64,000 bases of DNA from Acidimicrobiales bacterium. GTDB taxonomy: Bacteria; Actinomycetota; Acidimicrobiia; Acidimicrobiales; Bog-793. A model generated the notes under the pieces. The model searched no databases. It saw nothing but the letters and a program-made list of their open reading frames with translations, and had not been told where the DNA came from. Every line of letters begins with the position of its first letter. Within the stretch, counting starts at the first letter, position 1. This document shows, one piece after another, positions 24,933 through 32,396 of the stretch. Made by a program: the position numbers and the translations under genes. The stretch lies in contig DATGKK010000125.1 in the NCBI GenBank assembly GCA_035294725.1, positions 502 through 64,501 of the forward strand. The letters are read 5' to 3'.

Positions 24933-25835
24933 TCAGAGCTCTTCGAGCGCGCCGTGGAGGCGCTCCAACGTCCGTCGCGACCCGAGCCACCAGCCGAGCG
25001 CGGCGGCCGCCGCAGAAAGGGTGATGGCCCCGACCGACACGGCGATGGCCGGCTTGGGCGGGACCGAGGAGATCCGGCCGCGCACGCGGTCCCACAGTCG
25101 CACCGGCTGGGAGAAGCGGGCGACCTCGAAGCTGTGCTCTCGGGCGTAACGGGCGAGGACGCGGTCGGGGTTCACCGCGACGGGATGGCCGACCGCCTCC
25201 AGCATCGGCAGGTCGGTGTAGGAGTCCGTGTAGGCGAACGACTCCGCGAGGTCGATCCCTTCGGCCTCGGCGAGTTGGCGCATCGCCTCGGCCTTGAACT
25301 CGCCGTAGGCGTAGAACTCCATCAAGCCCGTGTAGCGACCCTCGTCGTCGAGGCGGGCCCTGCTCGCGATCACCCGATCGGCACCGAGGTAGCGGCCGAG
25401 CGGCGACACGATCTCCTCGGGCGAGGCCGAGACGATGACGACGAGGCGTCCCGCCTCCTTGTGCTGGTCGATGAGATCGGCGGCCTCGGCGTAGATGATC
25501 GGCTCGACGATCTGCTCGAGGGCCTCGGCGACGATGTCAGCCACCCGCTGGCGAGACCAGCCCTTGGTGAGCTTGAGCACGGATTCCCGGATCCGCTCGA
25601 GCCGCTCTTCGGAGGCTCCGAGGTGCAGGTAGACGAGCTGACCGTAGAGCGCCCGGAGCACCGTGCGGCGGGTGATGAGGCCGCCGCGGTAGAAGGGACG
25701 GCCGAAGGCGACGATCGAGGCGCGGGCGATCACGGTCTTGTCGAGGTCGAAAAAGGCAGCCTGGCGGAGAGGTCGACCGGCGCCAGGAGGGACGGCCGGT
25801 GCGCCCCCTCCCGCCGCCCCTGAGCCCGTCGTCAC
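24933..25835 (-). CDS. HAD-IB family hydrolase (SerB-like) with C-terminal membrane anchor
   Basis: Motif I FFDLDKTV, then VIVSASPEE, then YTDSYTDLPML. The C-terminal TM is IAVSVGAITLSAAAAALGWWL. The start GTG 25835 forms a GTGA overlap with the upstream trkA stop. Confidence 0.8.
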   Translation of the reverse strand: MTTGSGAAGGGAPAVPPGAGRPLRQAAFFDLDKTVIARASIVAFGRPFYRGGLITRRTVLRALYGQLVYLHLGASEERLERIRESVLKLTKGWSRQRVADIVAEALEQIVEPIIYAEAADLIDQHKEAGRLVVIVSASPEEIVSPLGRYLGADRVIASRARLDDEGRYTGLMEFYAYGEFKAEAMRQLAEAEGIDLAESFAYTDSYTDLPMLEAVGHPVAVNPDRVLARYAREHSFEVARFSQPVRLWDRVRGRISSVPPKPAIAVSVGAITLSAAAAALGWWLGSRRTLERLHGALEEL

Positions 25836-26503
25836 GGCGCGGCGAGGAGAGCGCGGATCTCGTCGTCGTCGGTACTGGCGCTCGCGAGGAGGAGGACCTC
25901 GTCGCCGGTGTCGAGCATCGTGTCGGCTCGCGGGACGACCACGTGGCCGTCGCGGACGACGGCCACGATGGTGACCCCTCGGGGCAGACCGAGGTCGGCG
26001 AGGGAGCGGCTCGCGGCGGGGGAGCCTTCGGCGAGGGTGACCTCGACAAGGCGGGTGTTGCCGCCCTCGAACTGCAGCAGCCTCACGAGGACACCGACCG
26101 AGACCGCCTCCTCGACGAGGCCGGCGAGGATCTGCGGCGTGGAGACGGCGACATCGACGCCCCACGCCTCGTTGAACAGCCAGTGGTTCTTCGGGTGGTT
26201 CACGCGGGCGATGACCCGGGGAACGGCGAACTCCTGCTTGGCGAGCAGGGAGATGACAAGGTTGTCCTCGTCGTCTCCGGTGACCGCCACCATCACCTCG
26301 ACCTCGTCGAGGTGAAGCGCCTGGAGCGAGGCGACCTCGCAGGCGTCGGCCGTCACGATCCTCACACCGTGGGCGTCGACTTCGCCGAGGGCCGCCACCC
26401 GGTCCGGATCCTTGTCGATCAGCATGACGTCGTGGCCGCTCAGGGCGAGGTCCTCTGCGAGGAACCTCCCCACCTTGCCCGCTCCCGCCACGGCGACCTT
26501 CAT
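25832..26503 (-). CDS. trkA: Trk system potassium uptake protein TrkA (NAD-binding, ceoC-like)
   Basis: MKVAVAGAGKVGRFLAEDLALSGHDVMLID Rossmann motif plus a TrkA-C domain. ATGA overlap with the upstream paralog. Confidence 0.85.
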   Translation of the reverse strand: MKVAVAGAGKVGRFLAEDLALSGHDVMLIDKDPDRVAALGEVDAHGVRIVTADACEVASLQALHLDEVEVMVAVTGDDEDNLVISLLAKQEFAVPRVIARVNHPKNHWLFNEAWGVDVAVSTPQILAGLVEEAVSVGVLVRLLQFEGGNTRLVEVTLAEGSPAASRSLADLGLPRGVTIVAVVRDGHVVVPRADTMLDTGDEVLLLASASTDDDEIRALLAAP

Positions 26504-27168
26504 CGGATCGCCTCAGCCGATTGGAACAGGCGCCGCACCTCGGCAGCCGAGTCGGCGGTCACGAGCAGGTGGAGGACGTCGCCCTCCTGCCCGACGAGGT
26601 CACGCACGAGCACGGTCGGGATACCGGCGCGGGTGACCGCCGCGATGCGGATCCCCGTCGGGATGACGTCCGCGAGCCGCCGTCCTGCCCAGGCGGCCGG
26701 CATCACGCGCTCGACGAGATGGAGCCCGCCGGTCGAGTCGGTCCACTCCCAGGAGCCCTCGTCCGGCACGATCTTGCGAAGGACCTGGTCGGTGGTCCAC
26801 GACACGCTCGGCACGGTCGGGATGCCGAGCCGCTGGAAGATCTGGGCACGGCGCGGGTCGTAGATGCGGGCGACGACGTTCGGGATCTCGTAGGTCTCAC
26901 GAGCGATCCGGGCGGTGAGGATGTTGGAGTTGTCGCCGCTCGTGACCGCCGCCAGGGCCGAGGCCTCGCGGGCTCCCGCCTCGTCGAGATCGTCCCGGTC
27001 GAAGCCGAACCCGAGCACGGTGCGGCCCGTCCATTCGGGCGGCAGGCGGCGGAATGCACGCTCTTGCTTGTCGATCACCGTGACGCTGTGGCCGGCAATG
27101 GCGAGGTCGACGGCGAGGCCCGAGCCAACCCGGCCGCACCCGACGATGATGACGTGCATCGCTCTCAA
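26500..27168 (-). CDS. trkA: Trk system potassium uptake protein TrkA (NAD-binding, ceoB-like)
   Basis: VIIVGCGRVGSGLAVDLAIAGHSVTVID Rossmann motif plus a TrkA-C domain. Confidence 0.85.
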   Translation of the reverse strand: MRAMHVIIVGCGRVGSGLAVDLAIAGHSVTVIDKQERAFRRLPPEWTGRTVLGFGFDRDDLDEAGAREASALAAVTSGDNSNILTARIARETYEIPNVVARIYDPRRAQIFQRLGIPTVPSVSWTTDQVLRKIVPDEGSWEWTDSTGGLHLVERVMPAAWAGRRLADVIPTGIRIAAVTRAGIPTVLVRDLVGQEGDVLHLLVTADSAAEVRRLFQSAEAIR

Positions 27169-27248
27169 TCCTTCCCCGTGCCGGGGTACGGCTCAACCCG
27201 AGACCGGGCGGGTTCGACCGGCCGGTCAGGCCACGTCAAGATAGCCGG

Positions 27249-29930
27249 ATGGCCACGACGGGCAAAGCGGGGCAGCCAGGGCCCGGCGAGCGCGCGGGCT
27301 CGTCCCCTGACGGCGCGCCCGCCCGAGCCGCCGGCGCGACGCCGGTCGCCGAGCCGCGCCCGCCCGAGCCGCCGCCGGGCTCCTTCGTGCTGACCGAGCC
27401 GTGGCGGTACCGCCTGAAGCTGAAGCTCCTCGGGCCACCGCTCACGACCGAGCGGCTCTCGGAGGAGAAGCTGTCGAAGGTCCTTGCGCTCGGCGTCCTC
27501 TCGCCGGACATGATCTCCTCGAGCGCGTACGGCACCGAGGAGATGCTGAACCAGCTCGTGCCGGTGATCGGCGTGGCGGCCTTCTCCCTGCTGCTGCCGA
27601 TCACCTTCGCCATCTTGCTCGTGCTGTTCTTCGTGACCCTCTCGTACCGAGAGGTCGTGATGGTCTACACGAAGGCCGGCGGCTCGTACGTCGTGAGCCG
27701 GGACAACTTCGGCCCCCGGGTGGCCCAGATCGCCGCCACGGCGCTCATCATCGACTACATCCTCACCGTCTGCGTCCAGTCGGCCGCCGGCACCGACGCC
27801 CTCGTCTCGGCCATCGACGTCAACGGCCACCTCGTGCTCAACCATGTCGGCTACGTCGTCGGCGTCACGGTCGGCATCGTCCTCCTCCTCACCTGGGGGA
27901 ACCTGCGGGGCATCCGTGAGGCGGGCAAGACCTTCGCCCTGCCGACCTACCTGTTCGTGCTGGGCGTGGGCGGCCTCGTCGTGCTCGGCCTCGTCCGAGC
28001 GGGGCTCGGGCAGCTGCATGCCCACCCCATCAACCTGCCAGGGGTGTCGGTCGGGCACGCCACGAGCGGCCTGTTCTTCGGGGCGAGCCTTCTCGTGGTG
28101 CTGCGCGCGTTCGCGAACGGCGGCTCGTCGCTCACCGGCCTCGAGGCGATCTCGAACGGGATCGCCACGATCAAAGAGCCGAGGGGGCCGAACGCCCGGC
28201 GGGTGCTCGTCGTCATGTCGGCGATCCTCGGCTTCCTCGTGCTCGGTGTCTCCCTCCTTGCCAAGATCACCCACGCCGTTCCCTACGACCTCGGGAACCC
28301 GACGGTGCTCTCGCAGGAGGCGTCGTACGTGTTCGGCTCCTCGGCGGCAGGGCGGGCGGCCTTCTACTACGTCCAGGCCGTCTCGATGCTGATCTTGTGG
28401 ACGGGGGCCAACACGAGCTTCAACGGCTTCCCGAACCTCGCGAGCTTCGTCGCCGAGGACGCCTACCTGCCCCGCCAGCTCACGCGGCGCGGCCACCGCC
28501 TCGTGTTCTCGAACGGCATCGTCATCCTCGCCGCCGCCTCGACCGTCCTGCTCGTCGTGACCCGGGCGAGCGTCAACGCCCTCGTCGCCCTCTACGCCAT
28601 CGGAGTCTTCGTCGGCTTCACGATGGCAGGGGCCGGCATGGTGAAGCACCACGTCACCCATCGCGAGACCGGGTGGCGGTACAAGATCGTCATCAACGGC
28701 TTCGCGGCCGTCCTGTCCTTCCTTATTGTCGGCATCCTTGCGGTGGTCAAGTTCACCCAGGGCGCCTGGCTCGTGGTGGTCCTCTTCCCGATCCTGTTCA
28801 CCGTGCTGATCCGCCTCCACCGCCAGTACGAGGAGGAGAAGGCCGAGCTCGAGGAGAACGCCCCGCATGCCGCCGAGGCGCCGATCCTCCGCCGCCACGT
28901 CGTCCTTGTCCTCGTGGAGCGGCTGGACCTCGCCACGGCGCGGGCGCTCCAGTACGCCCGCACCCTCCAGCCCGACGAGCTCCGGGCCGTCCACTTCGTC
29001 CTCGACACGGCCGTCGCGAGCGAGCTCGAGGCCCAGTGGACCCGCCTCGGGCTCAGCCGCTTCCCACTCGACCTCATCGAATGCCCGGACCGCCGCCTCA
29101 CGCGAGCCGCGATGGAGCTCGTCGCCGAGGTGGCAGAGGACGGGCGCACCGAGGTGAGCGTGCTGCTGCCGAGGCGCGTCTTCGAGGGGCTGTGGCGTCG
29201 CGTGCTCCACGACCGCACGGCGGACCGTATCGCCGGGTACGTGAGCCAGCTCCCGAACGCCACGGCGACGATCGTCCCCTTCCCTCTCGGCAAGCGGCGC
29301 AAGGACCTCGGGTCGTGGCGCCGCCACGACGTGCTCGAGTCGGAGGGCGACCTCGCCGAGGCGGGGCTCTCTCCGCCGGCGGGAGGAGGCGCCCCGCCGC
29401 AGGACGCCGGCGCAGCCGGGCGGGTCGGCCCCCCGGGAGAGGCGGCGAAGCCGGACGGGGTAGGGCACGGTCGCATTCGCTCCGGGGCGGGCGGCGCAGG
29501 CCGGCACGGCGACGGCCCGCCGGGCGGCCACCTTGCCCGCCCGGACGGTGGGCGGTCCTCGGCCGCGGCGGCCGAAGGCGCCTCGGCGCGCCTTGCAAGC
29601 CTGCCCGGCACGATCCCGATCGCCCGGCTCCGCTGGCGGCAGCGGGCCAAGGTGGCAGGTCGGGTGCGCTCCGTGCGGGTGCAGCCCCGAGCGGGCGTGC
29701 CGAGCGTCGAGTGCACCCTCGCCGACCCGACCGGGCAGCTCCTGCTCGTGTTCCAGGGCCGGCGACGTTATCCCGGGATCGAGCCGGGAGCGATCGTGAC
29801 CGCAGAGGGTATGGTGGGGGACCGCAACCACCGGACGGCGATGATCAATCCCGTAGTCGAGATTGTGCGCCCCGGGGAGGCGTCGTCGGGATCGGCACAG
29901 GACGACGCCGCGGCTGGCCAGCAGGAGTGA
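27249..29930 (+). CDS. APC-superfamily permease with a cytoplasmic C-domain, fused in frame through a G/A/P/R-rich linker to an OB-fold domain
   Basis: 893-aa ORF. About 12 TM helices start at LGVLSPDMISSSAYGTEE. A soluble domain follows (RHVVLVLVERLDLATARALQYA...). A low-complexity linker (about 29330-29620) leads to IPIARLRWRQRAKVAGRVRSVRVQP...LLLVFQGRRRYPGIEPGAIVTAEGMVG, which is OB-fold-like. There is no stop in frame and no plausible internal start for the OB part. Confidence 0.75.
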   Translation: MATTGKAGQPGPGERAGSSPDGAPARAAGATPVAEPRPPEPPPGSFVLTEPWRYRLKLKLLGPPLTTERLSEEKLSKVLALGVLSPDMISSSAYGTEEMLNQLVPVIGVAAFSLLLPITFAILLVLFFVTLSYREVVMVYTKAGGSYVVSRDNFGPRVAQIAATALIIDYILTVCVQSAAGTDALVSAIDVNGHLVLNHVGYVVGVTVGIVLLLTWGNLRGIREAGKTFALPTYLFVLGVGGLVVLGLVRAGLGQLHAHPINLPGVSVGHATSGLFFGASLLVVLRAFANGGSSLTGLEAISNGIATIKEPRGPNARRVLVVMSAILGFLVLGVSLLAKITHAVPYDLGNPTVLSQEASYVFGSSAAGRAAFYYVQAVSMLILWTGANTSFNGFPNLASFVAEDAYLPRQLTRRGHRLVFSNGIVILAAASTVLLVVTRASVNALVALYAIGVFVGFTMAGAGMVKHHVTHRETGWRYKIVINGFAAVLSFLIVGILAVVKFTQGAWLVVVLFPILFTVLIRLHRQYEEEKAELEENAPHAAEAPILRRHVVLVLVERLDLATARALQYARTLQPDELRAVHFVLDTAVASELEAQWTRLGLSRFPLDLIECPDRRLTRAAMELVAEVAEDGRTEVSVLLPRRVFEGLWRRVLHDRTADRIAGYVSQLPNATATIVPFPLGKRRKDLGSWRRHDVLESEGDLAEAGLSPPAGGGAPPQDAGAAGRVGPPGEAAKPDGVGHGRIRSGAGGAGRHGDGPPGGHLARPDGGRSSAAAAEGASARLASLPGTIPIARLRWRQRAKVAGRVRSVRVQPRAGVPSVECTLADPTGQLLLVFQGRRRYPGIEPGAIVTAEGMVGDRNHRTAMINPVVEIVRPGEASSGSAQDDAAAGQQE

Positions 29931-29947
29931 GCGGCACTAGTGAAATC

Positions 29948-29977
29948 TTGAACACCCTGGTCCCACTCGTTTATCCT
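29948..29977 (+). promoter_or_regulatory. candidate sigma-70-type promoter of hppA
   Basis: TTGAAC (29948-29953), an 18-nt spacer, then TATCCT (29972-29977). It sits in a locally AT-richer spacer. An AAAGGAG Shine-Dalgarno ends 7 nt before GTG 30007. Confidence 0.45.
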
Positions 29978-30006
29978 CCCCCCGACTCAAGCAAAGGAGC
30001 CGATAG

Positions 30007-32385
30007 GTGCCCTCCCACCTCCTAGCGGTCTCCGGCGGCTACCAGGCCTTCTCCCTCGGCGGAGCCGAGCGTGCCTGGTTGGGCTTCGCCCTCGCCACCG
30101 GAGCCGTCGCCATCCTCGTCGCGCTGTACCTGATGCGGGGCGTGCTCGCCGCGGACCAGGGCACGCCGTCGATGCGGGAGATTGCGGCCGCCATCCAAGA
30201 GGGCGCTGTCGCCTTCCTTCGGCGGCAGTTCCGGACCATCGCCATCATCGTCGTCCCGCTGTTCGTCCTCGTGTTCTTCACGGCCACGAAGGTCGTCGGG
30301 CCAGGCGGCCACGTGGCGCTCACGTTCGTCTCGGCCGGCTTCGCACGAGCGGTCGCCTTCCTCGTCGGAGCGCTCTTCTCGTCGCTCACCGGTTTCATCG
30401 GCATGAGCATCGCCGTGCGCGGCAACGTGCGGACGGCTGCTGCCGCCCGGAGCGGCCAGCTGCCGGGCGCCCTCCGGGTCGCCTTCCGCACCGGTGGCAT
30501 CACCGGCATGTTCTGTGTCGGCCTCGGCATCATCGGCGCCACCGGCATCGTCTTCATCTTCCAGAACAGCGCGACGGCGGTGCTCGTCGGGTTCGGCTTC
30601 GGCGCCTCGCTCCTCGCGCTGTTCATGCGTGTCGGCGGCGGCATCTTCACCAAGGCCGCCGACGTGGGGGCCGACCTCGTCGGCAAGGTCGAGGCGGGCA
30701 TCCCCGAGGACGACCCCCGCAACGCCGCCACGATCGCCGACAACGTCGGCGACAACGTCGGCGACTGCGCCGGAATGGCGGCCGACCTGTTCGAGTCCTA
30801 CGAGATCACGATCATCGCCTCGCTCATCCTCGGCTACTCGGCGTTCAGGACCCTGTACGCCCATGACCCGGGCAACTGGGCGAAGGGGCTCATCTACCCG
30901 CTCGTCGTCGCCGGGATCGGCATCCTCACGTCGGCTCTCGGCATCCTCCTCGTGCGGGCGAGCGGCCGGGACAAGTCGGCCATGGCCCCGATCAACCGGG
31001 GCTTTCGCCTCTCCGCCTTCCTCACTCTCGTCGGCGCATTCCTCGTCGCCCAGTTCTGGGTCCACAACCTGAAGGTGTTCTGGGCCGTCCTCGTCGGCGT
31101 CGCGCTCGCCCTCGTGGCCAGCCTGATCACCGAGTACTTCACCTCCACCGAGACGCGGCCGGTGCGCGAGGTGGCCGAGTCCACGCGGACCGGTCCTGCG
31201 ACCACCGTGCTCTCCGGCATCTCGCTCGGCCTCGAGTCCAGCGTCTGGGCGGTGCTCGCCATCGTCGTCGCCATCGCGGCGGCGGTCGGGCTTGGCGGCC
31301 GCAACATCGACGTCGACCTGTACCTCGTCGCCCTCGTGGGCATCGGCATGCTGTCGACCACGGGCATGGTCATCTCGGAGGACTCCTTCGGGCCGGTGGC
31401 CGACAACGCAGCGGGAGTCGCCGAGATGTCGGGCGAGTTCCACGGCGAGGCTCAGCGGGTGATGGTGAGCCTCGACGCCGTCGGCAACACGACGAAGGCC
31501 ATCACCAAGGGTGTCGCCATCGGGTCCGCCGTCATCGCGTCGGTGGCGCTGTTCGCCTCCTTCATCGAGACGATCGGGAGCCAGCTCCACATCGCGGCGA
31601 TCGGCAACGCACTGTTCGGCAGCTCGCTCACCCAGATCAACGTTGCCAAGCCGGCCACCTTCATCGGCCTCCTCATCGGGGGCACGATCGCCTTCTTGTT
31701 CTCCTCGCTCGCCATCCGCGCCGTCGGCCGCTCGGCCGGCACGGTCGTGGTCGAGGTGCGCCGCCAGTTCCGCGAGCACCCCGGCATCATGGACGGGAGC
31801 GAGAAGCCCGAGTACGGGCGGGTGATCGGCATCTGCACCGCCGCCGCGCAGCGGGAGCTCGCCACGCCGGCGCTCCTCGCCATCCTCTCACCCGTGATCG
31901 TCGGCTTCCTCATCAACTACCTGGCGCTCGGCGCCTTCCTCGCCGGGACGATCCTCACCGGCCAGCTGATGGCCAATTTCCTCTCGAACTCGGGCGGCGC
32001 CTGGGACAACGCGAAGAAGTACATCGAGGACGGCTTCCACGGCGGCAAGGGGTCCGACGCCCACAAGGCGGCGGTGATCGGCGACACGGTCGGCGACCCG
32101 TTCAAGGACACGGCCGGCCCGGCACTGAACCCGCTCATCAAGGTGATGAACCTGGTCTCGCTCCTCATCCTCCCTGCCGTCATCACCTTGCGGCACAGCG
32201 ACGCCCGCTTTGCCATCGCGGGGGTCGCCATCGTCATCCTCCTCGGAGCGATCCTGTTCTCGAAGCGCTCGACCGGAAGCTTCGGCGAGGAGAGCCCGCA
32301 GGTGGCCTCTGCGGCCGCCGGCGAGGCCGACGCCGCTGCCGCTCCGGCCGGTGCCGGCACGGGCGGCGCCCCCGTGTCGGCCTAG
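30007..32385 (+). CDS. hppA: membrane-bound proton/sodium-translocating pyrophosphatase
   Basis: 792-aa ORF with the motifs GGIFTKAADVGADLVGKVEAGIPEDDPRNAATIADNVGDNVGDCAGMAADLFESY and DTVGDPFKDTAGPALN. Confidence 0.95.
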   Translation: MPSHLLAVSGGYQAFSLGGAERAWLGFALATGAVAILVALYLMRGVLAADQGTPSMREIAAAIQEGAVAFLRRQFRTIAIIVVPLFVLVFFTATKVVGPGGHVALTFVSAGFARAVAFLVGALFSSLTGFIGMSIAVRGNVRTAAAARSGQLPGALRVAFRTGGITGMFCVGLGIIGATGIVFIFQNSATAVLVGFGFGASLLALFMRVGGGIFTKAADVGADLVGKVEAGIPEDDPRNAATIADNVGDNVGDCAGMAADLFESYEITIIASLILGYSAFRTLYAHDPGNWAKGLIYPLVVAGIGILTSALGILLVRASGRDKSAMAPINRGFRLSAFLTLVGAFLVAQFWVHNLKVFWAVLVGVALALVASLITEYFTSTETRPVREVAESTRTGPATTVLSGISLGLESSVWAVLAIVVAIAAAVGLGGRNIDVDLYLVALVGIGMLSTTGMVISEDSFGPVADNAAGVAEMSGEFHGEAQRVMVSLDAVGNTTKAITKGVAIGSAVIASVALFASFIETIGSQLHIAAIGNALFGSSLTQINVAKPATFIGLLIGGTIAFLFSSLAIRAVGRSAGTVVVEVRRQFREHPGIMDGSEKPEYGRVIGICTAAAQRELATPALLAILSPVIVGFLINYLALGAFLAGTILTGQLMANFLSNSGGAWDNAKKYIEDGFHGGKGSDAHKAAVIGDTVGDPFKDTAGPALNPLIKVMNLVSLLILPAVITLRHSDARFAIAGVAIVILLGAILFSKRSTGSFGEESPQVASAAAGEADAAAAPAGAGTGGAPVSA

Positions 32386-32396
32386 AACGGGGGCAG

